Assembly (NCBI GenBank): GCA_963734545.1
Contig: CAVTHO010000002.1
Coordinates: 1 to 35,478 of the forward strand
DNA: 35,478 bases
Source: an uncultured Spirochaetota bacterium
Lineage (GTDB): Bacteria; Spirochaetota; Spirochaetia; SZUA-6; Fen-1364
Reading direction: 5' to 3'
Under the pieces are notes generated by a model, which ran no database searches, was not told the DNA's origin, and saw nothing but the letters and a program-made list of their open reading frames with translations. Below are positions 26,041-35,478 of the stretch, in pieces (the first letter of the stretch is position 1; each line of letters starts with the position of its first letter). Both the position numbers and the translations under genes were made by a program.

Positions 26041-26793
26041 ATGACACGAACAGGCACTGAACAGAGCTACAGGTACTTCGACATCGTCATGGCGGCCTTC
26101 GTGACGGTGCTCATCGTCAGCAACATCGCTTCTTCCGCGAAGATAGTCGATTGGGGGTTCTCCCTTTTCGGCATCCGCCTGGCCTTTGACGGCGGCACGA
26201 TCCTGTTCCCCATCAGCTACGTTTTCGGGGACGTGCTCACCGAGGTCTACGGGTACCGCCGCTCGCGGCGGGTGATCTGGACGGGCTTCGCCTGCCTCGC
26301 CGTGTGTGCCGGCGTGCTCTGGCTGGTGCGGATCATGCCGGGGGAGGCGGGTTGGGCCGAGGCGGGCGGGCAGGATGCCTTTGTGAAAGCACTGGGCGGA
26401 ATGAGCACGGGGGGCATCGTCCTGGCCAGCCTCGTCGCGTACTTTGCCGGCGAGTTCAGCAACTCGTTCGTCCTTGCGAAGATGAAGATTCTCACGCAGG
26501 GCCGATGGCTGTGGACGCGGACAATCGGAAGCACCCTGGTCGGCGAGGGCGTGGACTCGGTCCTCTTTGTGACGATTGCGAGCCTGACCGGCGTGTTCCC
26601 CTGGTCGATATTCGTCACGCTCGTGCTCACCAACTACATATTCAAGGTGGCAATCGAAGCCATCATGACCCCCGCCACCTACCGGGTGGTGCATGCCCTG
26701 AAGAAACTGGAAAAAGTGGATTGGTACGACTACAAGACGGATTTCAACCCGTTCGCCCTGCGCCCGCCGGCACCGGGGAAGGAAATCAACTGA
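26041..26793 (+). CDS. yhhQ: Queuosine precursor transporter (YhhQ/VUT family)
   Basis: LIVSNIASSAK, GTILFPISYVFGDVLTEVYGYRRSRRVIWTGF, LWTRTIGSTLVGEGVDS, YDYKTDFNPF. Confidence 0.9.
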   Translation: MTRTGTEQSYRYFDIVMAAFVTVLIVSNIASSAKIVDWGFSLFGIRLAFDGGTILFPISYVFGDVLTEVYGYRRSRRVIWTGFACLAVCAGVLWLVRIMPGEAGWAEAGGQDAFVKALGGMSTGGIVLASLVAYFAGEFSNSFVLAKMKILTQGRWLWTRTIGSTLVGEGVDSVLFVTIASLTGVFPWSIFVTLVLTNYIFKVAIEAIMTPATYRVVHALKKLEKVDWYDYKTDFNPFALRPPAPGKEIN

Positions 26794-27073
26794 CGTTCGT
26801 CCTGTTCACCTCGTAGTGGCTCCACACCTTTTCCGGCTTTCCGTCCCGGATCAGGATGAGCTGGGGTGATTCGTGGGTGACATCGTACGTCTCGGCCACC
26901 CAGTTCGACAGGTCGCGCTGCTCGCGCACATTGATCCAGTAGATGGGCAGGTCGGTCTCCATTGCCCGCACCTCCCTGGCCGCCGTGGCGGAGATGCCGC
27001 AGGTGGTCGAATGCTTGTACACGAGACAGTTTGCGGGCAGAGTTTTTTCCTTCAGGGGGATGATGCTGTTCAC
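26786..27073 (-). CDS. ytxJ: YtxJ/BrxC-type monothiol redoxin (DUF2847)
   Basis: KHSTTCGIS, RDLSNWVAE, THESPQLIL; SD AGAGGA. Confidence 0.85.
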   Translation of the reverse strand: MNSIIPLKEKTLPANCLVYKHSTTCGISATAAREVRAMETDLPIYWINVREQRDLSNWVAETYDVTHESPQLILIRDGKPEKVWSHYEVNRTNVS

Positions 27074-27163
27074 GTGATTTCCTCTGGCAGGACAAAGTTA
27101 GACCCCGCGCCGGCCCGCGTCAAGGAGTGAGGGCGGCATTCCGCACTCGCGCGGGAATCCGCG

Positions 27164-27236
27164 GAGTACGGCGTACTCGCCGAACGGGTACTCCCGTACC
27201 GCGATGCTCGCGCGCGCGGCTGTTCCACGCTATACT
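27164..27236 (+). promoter_or_regulatory. Palindromes and TATACT -10 upstream of the hut operon
   Basis: GAGTACG-G-CGTACTC 27164-27178; ACGGG-TACT-CCCGT 27184-27197; TATACT 27231-27236; SD GGAGG before ATG 27255. Confidence 0.35.
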
Positions 27237-27254
27237 CTCGACTCGGAGGCGGTC

Positions 27255-28980
27255 ATGGGTGGATCTTCGAGGGAGAAGCTGCTGGCGGAGCTGCGGATCG
27301 GCTGTGGGGGGCCCCGTGCCGTGCGCGCGCCGCGCGGGACGGAGCTCCACTGCAGGGGCTGGCACCAGGAGGCGGCCCTGCGCATGCTCTGCAACAATCT
27401 CGATCCGGAGAACGCGGAGAATCCCGACGAGCTGATCGTCTACGGCGGCACCGGCAAGGCGGCGCGAAACTGGCCCTGTTTCGACGCGCTGGTGCAGCTC
27501 CCTCCTCGACCTCGAGGACGACGAGATCGCTTCTCGTGCAGTCGGGAAAACCCGTCGGCATCCTGCGCACCCACCGCATGTCCCCCCGCGTGCTGATCGC
27601 CAACTCGAACCTCGTGCCCCGCTGGGCCACCTGGGAGCACTTCCACGAGCTCGAGGCAAAGGGCCTGATGATGTACGGCCAGATGACGGCGGGCTCGTGG
27701 ATCTACATCGGCACCCAGGGAATCCTCCAGGGCACGTTCGAGACATTCGCCGCGCTGGCGGAGAAGCATTTCGGCGCGGGCCTCGCCGGACGGATCGTCG
27801 TGAGCGCGGGTCTCGGCGGCATGGGCGGCGCGCAGCCGCTGGCCGTGACCATGAACGACGGCGTGATGATCTGCGTGGAGGTGGACCCGCGCCGCATCCG
27901 CCGCAGGCTCGACACCGGCTACCTCGACGTCGCGGCGGATGACCTCGACGCGGCCATGGCCATGGCCCGGCAGGCCGCGGAGGGAAAGAACGCCCTTTCC
28001 ATCGGACTGGAGGGAAATGCGGCGGAGGTGCTTCCGCTCATGGTGGAGAGGGGCTTCATCCCGGACGTCGTCACCGACCAGACCAGCGCGCACGACGAGC
28101 TGGGCGGCTACGTTCCCCACGGGATGCCCTACGCGGCGGCCATCGCGCTGCGCGCGTCGGACCCGCGGCGCTATCGCCGAGGCTGCCCTGCAGTCCATGG
28201 CGACGGCACTGCCGGGCCATCCTCGACATGAAGACCCGGGGCGCCGTGGCGTTCGACTACGGCAACAACCTGCGCGGCCAGGCCCTGAAGAGCGGGGTGG
28301 CGAACGCCTTCGACTACCCCGGGTTCGTGCCGGCGTACATCCGCCCCCTGTTCTGCGAGGGCGAAGGTCCCTTCCGCTGGGCCGCGCTCTCGGGGGACCC
28401 GAAGGACATCGAGGCGACCGATGAGGCGCTGCTCGAGGCGTTCCCGCAGAAGACCGCGCATGGTGCGCTGGCTGCGGCTGGCCGGCGCGCGGGTGAAGCA
28501 CATGGGACTGCCGGCCCGGATCTGCTGGCTGGGCTACGGGGAGCGGGATCGGGCGGGGAAGATCTTCAACGACCTCGTGCGGGCCGGGAAGGTCAAGGCG
28601 CCCCATCGTGATCGGGCAGGGACCACCTGGACGCGGGGTCCGTGGCATCGCCGAACCGGGAGACCGAGGCCATGCGGGACGGCTCCGACGCGGTGGCGGA
28701 CTGGCCGCTCCTGAATCTCATGGTCAACGTGGCCTCGGGGGCGAGCTGGACCTCGTTCCACCACGGCGGGGGAGTGGGAATCGGCTACTCGCTGCACGCG
28801 GGCCAGGTCACGCTCGCCGACGGGACGGACGAGGGGGAGCTGCGGGTGACCACGGTGCTCAGGAACGACCCCGCCACCGGCATCATTCGTCATGCCGACG
28901 CGGGGTACCCCGAGGCCCTGAAAGCGGCAAAGGAGCGCGGCGTGAAGATCCCGATGCGGCGGGACCGGCTCGGCGTATGA
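27255..28980 (+). CDS. hutU: Urocanate hydratase (multiple frameshifts)
   Basis: [98 protein letters not shown]. Confidence 0.95.
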
Positions 28981-29903
28981 CACGCCCGGCTTGTCGAGTG
29001 CGTGCCCAACTTACAGCGAGGGCCGCAGACAGTCGGTGATCGACGCAATCGTGGCTCCCTTTCGCGGCAGGACGGGCGTCCACCTGCTGGATTGCCGGGC
29101 GGACCCGGATCATAACCGGCTGGTCGTGAGCCTCGTCGGAGAGCCGTCGCCGCTCCAGGATGCCCTGCTGGATTCCGCGCGCGCGGCCATCTCGTCGATC
29201 GATCTCCGCACGCCACACGCGGCGCGCATCCCCGGATCGGCGCGGTGGACGTGGTCCCCTTCGTCCCTCTCCGCGGCATGTCAATGGAAGAATGCGTGGC
29301 GCTGGCGCGGGAGTTCGCCGCCCGGTTCGCGCGTGAAACCGATGTCCCCGTGTACCTGTACGAGTCAGCCGCGCTTCGACCGGAGCGCAGAAACCTGGAA
29401 GTGGTGCGCAGGGGGCAGTTCGAGGCGCTCGTGCATGAGATCGCAGAGTCCCGACCGCGCGCCTGATATCGGACCTCCGCGCCTGCATCCGAGCGCCGGA
29501 GCAACGGCCATCGGCGCGCGGCCCTTTCCTCGTCGCCTTCAACGTCAATCTGCAAAGCACGGACATGGCGGTTGCGCGCGCCATTGCCAGGACGATCCGC
29601 GCATCCGGCGGCGGACTTCTCTCACGTCAAGGCCGTGGGCGTGGACCTGAAGGAGCGGGGCATGGTCCAGGTGAGCATCAACGTCACGGACTACACGGTG
29701 AATCCCCTGCACGAGGTGCTGGACCTGGTCCGCAAGGAGGCGTCGCAGAGGGGAGTCGCCGTTGCGGAGACCGAGATCTATGGCCTGGTGCCGGCCGAGG
29801 CGCTTCTTGCCGCCGCTTCCCACTGTCTCCAGCTCGCGGGATTCGACGCCTCGCAGGTGCTCGACCTGCGGCTCCTGGACATTCGGCCGGGGATCGAGCA
29901 TGA
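28977..29903 (+). CDS. ftcD: Glutamate formimidoyltransferase (multiple frameshifts; 3' end approximate)
   Basis: [63 protein letters not shown]. Confidence 0.9.
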
Positions 29904-31198
29904 CAGTCCACTGCTCTTCCGCAATGCGCGAATCTATACGCCCGTCGATGAGGGGCGGGCCTCGTCCGGGTCCGCGCAGGGCAAGGTTGCGGCCTGGGAC
30001 AAGGGCGCGCTGCTGTGCCGGGACGGGCGGATCGCGGCAATCGGGGACGAGTCCTCGGTTCTCCAGGCGCTCGGGGCCCGGCCGTCGCGGGTACGGCTCA
30101 GGAAGAGATCGACTGCGGCGGCAGGTGCATGATCCCCGGCTTCGTGGATCCTCACACGCACCTCTGCTTCGTGCGGCCCCGGGAGAGAGAGTTTCTTGCG
30201 CGTCTGGAGGGTGCCGAGTACCTCGATATCCTGAAGGCGGGAGGCGGGATTCTCTCCTCCGTGGAGTCGGTGCGCGCAGCCTCTGAGGAGGAGCTTTTCA
30301 TCGCCACCCGGGATCGTGCGCTTTCGGCGCTGAGCCTGGGCACGACAACTATCGAGATCAAGAGCGGCTACGGTCTTTCCACGGAGGCGGAGCTGCGCCA
30401 GCTTCGCGTCATCCACAGGGTCGCCCGGGAGACGCCGCTCTCGGTCGTGCCGACCTTTCTCGGCGCGCACGCGGTGCCGGCCGAGGCAGGCGGGCGCGCC
30501 GAAGACTACGTGGGCCTGCTCACGCGCGAGATGATTCCCGCGGTTGCGCGGCAGGGCCTTGCCAGGTTCTGCGATGTGTTCTGCGAGCAGGGTGTATTCA
30601 GCGTCGACCAGGCGCGCCTGATCCTGGAAGCTGCGCGCGCGGCGGGCCTGGGTCTCAAGATTCACGCGGACGAGCTGCACGACACGGGCGGCGCGGGACT
30701 TGCCGCTTCCCTTGCACGCGGTCTCCGCCGAGCATCTGCTGGCAGCATCCGACCAGGGGCTGCGCGCCATGGCGGACGCGGGGGTCATCGCGGTGCTTCT
30801 TCCCTCGACGGCCTACAGCATGCGCAAGCCGTTTGCCCGGGCGCCGGGCAATGATCGATATGGGCCTGCCCGTGGCGATTGCCACTGACTGCAACCCCGG
30901 CTCGTCCTGCACGGAGTCCATGCCTTTCGCCTTCGGGCTTGCCGTGCTCCAGATGCGGCTTTCCGTCGCGGAGGCGCTCACCGCGGCTACCTTGAACGCC
31001 GCGTATGCTGTCGGCAGGGGAGGGGAGTGCGGCAGCCTGACGCCCGGAAAGGCCGCAGACTTCCTCCTCCTGGACGGTGAGACGCCCGGCATACTCGCAT
31101 TCAGGCCGGGGATCTCTCCTGTTGCCGAAGTGTTCAAGGCCGGGGCGCGGGTGTGGCTGCCGCAGGCCGGCCGGTCTCGAGACAAGGAGCGCACGTGA
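29900..31198 (+). CDS. hutI: Imidazolonepropionase (frameshifts; start approximate)
   Basis: PGFVDPHTH, GGGILSSV, EIKSGYGL, FLGAH, FCDVFCE, KIHADE, SAEHL, ATDCNPG. Confidence 0.92.
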
Positions 31199-31840
31199 AG
31201 CTATCGGAAATGACGGTTCATGATTTTCTGGCCGAGCTGGGATCGGACTCACCGGCGCCCGGAGGGGGCAGCGTGGCAGCCCTTGCAGGCGCAATCGCCG
31301 CCTCTCTCTGCCAGATGGTGTCCGGGTTGACCCTGGGCCGGGAGACGTACAAGGACGCCTGGCCTGTCATGCGGGAGACGCATGCCCGCGCGGGCAGTCT
31401 CGGGGCAAGGCTCCGTGAGCTCATCGACGAGGACGCGCAGGCATTCAATTCAGTGATGGCCGCGCGGAAGCTCCCGCGTGCCACCGAGGAGCAGAAAGCA
31501 GAGCGCGAGCGCGCCATCCAGGAGGGCACGATCAGGTCCGCGCGCGTGCCGCTGGAAACTCTCGGTTCGCTTGCGCTGCTCGCGGACCTCGCCGCCCTGG
31601 GCGCCGAGAAGGGAAACCCCGGCTGCGTGACGGATGCCGGGTCCGCGGCCCAGATGATCAGGGCAGGCGCTGCAGCCGCTGGCGTGGAATGTCAGGGTCA
31701 ATCTTCCCTCGGTACGCGACGCGAAATTGAAGGAACAGCTCGGGAGTGATGCCGCGAGGGTTCTTGCGGGAATCATCGAAACAGTCGAGCGGGTCGATGC
31801 CATGGTCGAAAAACGCCTGAACGAACGGAGCCGCACATGA
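31195..31840 (+). CDS. Formimidoyltetrahydrofolate cyclodeaminase / cyclohydrolase family protein (frameshift ~31680)
   Basis: FLAELGSDSPAPGGGSVAAL, LIDEDAQAF, GNPGCVTDAG, NVRVNL; overlapping stop/start at both ends. Confidence 0.88.
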
Positions 31841-33367
31841 ACACTCTTCATCATCGGCGATGGCCCCCTGACCGTCGACGCCCTGACCGCCGCCGCGCGC
31901 GCGGGAGCGAAGGTCGAGCTTTCACCCGCGGCCCGGGAGCGCGTGAAAGCCGCACGGAGCCTCGTCGAGACGTGGGTCAGGCAGGGCAGGGCCGTCTACG
32001 GAGTGACGACCGGCTTCGGGGCGCTGTGCGATGTTGCCATCGCTCCCGAGCAGACCCGGGCCCTGCAGGAAAACATCCTCATGAGCCACGCGGCGGGCGT
32101 CGGGGACCCGCTTCCCCGGGAGGTGGTAAGGGCCACGATGGCGGTGCGCGTGCAGGACCTGTCCAAGGGACACGCGGGGCTGCGCCTGGAGACCCTCCAG
32201 GCCCTCGTCGATCTCTTGAACTCCGAGGTCGTTCCCGTTGTCCCTGAAAAAGGGTCTGTCGGCGCGAGCGGGGACCTCGCGCCGATGGCGCACCTGGCCC
32301 TCGTGCTGATCGGCAGGGGCGAGGCGTTCTTTCGCGGCGCGCGCATGGGAGGCCGGGAAGCGCTCGCAGCGGCCGGTCTTGGCCCCGTGCACCTGGAGGC
32401 GGGCGAAGGGCTTGCGCTCATCAACGGCACGCAGGTCATGGCGGGGATTACCGGTCTTGCCGTGCACGACGCGGCCCGTCTGGCGAAGACGGCGGATATC
32501 GCGTGCGCGATGAGCCTCGAGGTCCTCATGGGCACCAACGTCGAGTTCGATCCCCGGATCCACAGGGTGCGGCCCCACCCGGGCCAGATCTCGGCCGCGG
32601 ACAACATGTACCGCATCACCCAGGACAGCGTGATCATGTCTTCCCACAAGGACTGCGGACGGATCCAGGACGCGTACACGCTGCGCTGCTCACCCCAGGT
32701 GCACGGGGCGAGCCGGGACGCGGTGAGCCACGTCCGGCGCGTCGTGGAGATCGAGCTCGATTCCGCCACCACCAACCCGCTCATCTTCGCCGACACCGGG
32801 GACTTTCTGCTGGGGGGAAACTTCCACGGTCAGCCCCTTGCCCTGGCAGCGGACTACCTCTGCATGGCCGCGGCCGAGCTCGCCAACATCTCGGAACGCA
32901 GGATCGAGCGGCTGGTCAATCCGCAGTTGAGCGGCCTGCCGGCGTTTCTCGTCAACGACTCGGGTCTGAACTCCGGCTTCATGATCGCGCAGTACACGGC
33001 GGCCGCGCTCGTCTCGGAGAACAAGGTCCTTTCCCATCCGGCCTGCGTGGATTCCATCCCCACCTCCGCCAACAAGGAGGACCACGTGAGCATGGGCACC
33101 ATCTCGGCGCGCAAGTGCAGGTCGATCATCCAGAACGCGGAATCGGTGATCGCCATCGAGCTGCTCTGCGCCTGCCAGGCGGTCGATCTCCTGACAAAGG
33201 GCCGTCCCGGCCGGGGAACGGAGGCTGCATACAAGGCCTGCCGGGAGAAGATTCCCGTTCTCGACAAGGACAGGGAGCTGTCGCGCGACATCGAGACCAT
33301 GCGGGAGCTGGTCATGAGCGGGGAAATCATCCGGCGGGTGGAAGAAAGAGTCGGCCCGCTCGCCTGA
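31837..33367 (+). CDS. hutH: Histidine ammonia-lyase (frameshift ~31850)
   Basis: VYGVTTGFG, SHAAGVG, GSVGASGDLAP (MIO-forming ASG), EGLALINGTQ, QDAYTLRC, GNFHGQP, EDHVSM. Confidence 0.95.
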
Positions 33368-33515
33368 GGGGCGGCTCCCCAGGGCTCCCGCCGTTTCGCG
33401 CCTTCGGCGCTCCAACGAAATGTCGCCAGGAGCGACCGCGCTGCCGCCCTGGGGCCCCTTCCGCGCGACCCACAGGCCGGCAGCCGCGCCTTCCGCCAGG
33501 AGCGGAAGGCGCGGC
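33367..33515. repeat. Highly structured palindromic intergenic element (REP/MITE-like or ncRNA)
   Basis: CCCCAGGGC/GCCCTGGGG outer stem; GTCGC-CAGGA-GCGAC; perfect 14-bp stem GCCGCGCCTTCCGC-CAGGA-GCGGAAGGCGCGGC; lies between convergent hutH and glnE. Confidence 0.55.
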
Positions 33516-33532
33516 GAGAGGCTTCGGTCGCG

Positions 33533-35478
33533 CTAGAGAGTTCCCTGCAGGAAGCGCTGGTAGGCCGCCTGGACCCTCTCGAAACGCCTGGCGAGCTTTG
33601 CCAGAAGCTGCTCTGCCGTGGCGCCGCTTCCCAGCATGCGCCGGGCAAGCGCCCGAAGCTGCGCGGGATCCCGCGGAAGGTTGTGCGTCTGCCTGTCCTC
33701 GTAGATCTGAAGGAAATGCTCGACCCGCCGGAGGAACAGATAGTCGCCCGAGAGGTGCTCCGCTGTCTCGGCGGAAAGGATTCCCGCTTCTTCCAGGGCC
33801 CTGAGCGCCGGCAGGGTGCCGCCGCAGAGAAGCTCGGGCCGCTGGTGCCCGTGGGTGAGCTGCAGGCCCTGGGCGAGGAATTCCACGTCGCGCAGCCCGC
33901 CCAGACCGGTCTTGACGTCCGTCGTGGAGAGCACGCTGCGCGAAAGGCTCTTGAGGGCCTCCCGGCGCAGCCTGTCGATGGAAGCGGCGACCTCCGCATG
34001 CGGGTGGGGCGCGCTGAGAAGGCCCCGGACCGAATCGAGGAACGCACGGCCTACCGCGAGGTCACCGGCGACCGGCCGCGCCTTCAGCAGCGCCTGCAGC
34101 TCCCACAGGGCGGCCGCGTGCGTGTAGTAGTCGGTCAGCGCGCCGAGCGGAAAGACGAGCTGACCCGAGCTGCCGTACGGCCGCAGCCGGAGGTCCACGC
34201 GGTACGCATATCCCTCCGTGGTGTGTGAAGAGAGATCGGTGCCGAGTGTCTCCATGAGACCGGATGCCGCCTCCACGGTGTCCTGGTCGTCCGTTGCATC
34301 GCAGAGGCCGAGAAGGTCGATGTCCGAGCTGTAGTTGAGCTCGCGGCCGCCGAGCTTGCCGAATGCAATCACGCAGAATCCATGACCTGCGGCGCCCCGC
34401 TTATCGTCCACCTGGGTCCCGGATCCGGGACAGGGCAACCGAAATGACGCCGTCCGCCAGGTCCGAGAGCTCCTCCATGATCCGCTGCGTGGGGGTGGCA
34501 AGGCAGATGTCGCGCGCCCCGATGCGCAGGATCTCCCTGCGGCGGAACCTCCGCAGGGCATCCTGCCACTGCAGGCGGTCAGGCGTGCGCCCGGAAATCC
34601 CCTGGAGCTCCTCCGCAATATCGGCGCTCGAGCGCGGCACGCTGATGATCTCGGACCTGCCGATGTAGTCCAGCAGCTCGGGATCCCGAACCAGGGCGTC
34701 AGCAAGGAACTGGCTCGTGGAAAAAATGCTCAAAAGGATCTCCAGACGCATGGGCTGGGACAGCATCTGGTGAAGGTGCGCGTGCGGGTCCGGCAGCGCG
34801 TGGAGGAACCTCTCCCAGTTGTTGAGCGCCATGTCCGGGTCCGGCCTCTGGGAAAGAACATCGCAGGCAAGGATCGCCAGCCGGGCAAAAAGGGTCCGCC
34901 TCTCCGCTTCACCCGCGATGTGCCGAAGATTGAGCAGGGCGCGCGCGGGATCGGAGAATCCCCGGTCCGCGAGCGCCTTGTGGGCAAGCTCCAGCGGAAT
35001 GGCCTCGGACAGGATCAGGTCCGCCGCGTTTACCACGGGCGCGCCCGGCAGGCTGTCCCTGCCGAAGTGCCGCTCCACAAATGCACGCACCTCGGCCGAA
35101 TGCGTTTCAAAGTCCAGGTGCAGCCTCTGCGCGGGTGTGGTCTCCGGTCCGGGGGCATAGCCCATGCGCCGGGCCAGGTGCAGGTACTCATCGGAGTCGG
35201 GCGCCGGAAGGAAGAGATCCTGTGCCGAGCCCCTCAGCATCCGCAGACCGTTGATGAGGGTGCGGAAGAAGTGGTAGGCGGCGACCAGCTCGGCGGCCTC
35301 CGCATGCTCGACCAGGCCGATGGAGGCCAGGGCATCGAGCGCCTCGTGGATGCGGGGCGTCCGCAGTCTCTTCTCCACGGCGCCGTGCGTGACCTGCAGG
35401 ATCTGCACCGCGTATTCGAGGTCCACAAGGGCCCCGGGGCTGAACTTGGCGTTCTCGCGGCCCGTGATGGCGACCGGC
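33533..35478 (-). CDS. glnE: Glutamine synthetase adenylyltransferase GlnE-like, 5'-truncated by the window edge (frameshift ~34410)
   Basis: KFSPGALVDLEYAVQILQ; LRRFRRREILRIG; GKLGGRELNYSSDIDL; YRVDLRLRPYG; WELQALLKARPVAGD; VKTGLGGLRDVEFLAQ. Confidence 0.85.

Noticed and set aside
27255-31840. hut genes as pseudogenes
   Set aside because: Catalytic motifs and operon overlaps are preserved and only indels are seen, so sequencing error is more parsimonious

Overview
GC-rich bacterial chromosomal window, probably from a Spirochaetota-like organism (inferred from the LVSC lipobox and gene content; not proven). Many single-base indels split otherwise intact genes and look like long-read sequencing errors. 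Left to right: a DtxR/MntR regulator, two-domain multicopper oxidase and ZIP transporter operon; an ECF42-type sigma factor coupled to a cellulase-like hydrolase (minus strand); a sugar ABC transporter (SBP plus 2 permeases); a leaderless class III nucleotidyl cyclase with non-canonical active-site residues; a tightly coupled five-gene operon (70-aa protein, polysaccharide pyruvyltransferase, reductase/acyl-CoA synthetase fusion, V4R-like protein, GMC oxidoreductase) behind four 11-bp-phased direct repeats; a small membrane ORF; a TM0106 nuclease/Upf1-like helicase; UroD-family, sorbosone-dehydrogenase-like and DUF1697 genes; a signal-peptide-bearing Pcm coupled to a spermidine-synthase-like membrane protein; a queuosine-precursor transporter with a structured leader; YtxJ; a folate-type hut operon (hutU-ftcD-hutI-cyclodeaminase-hutH); a structured intergenic element; and a partial glnE. 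No rRNA, tRNA, CRISPR array or transposase was seen. The best candidate for an undescribed system is the five-gene operon at 9.7-16.0 kb.
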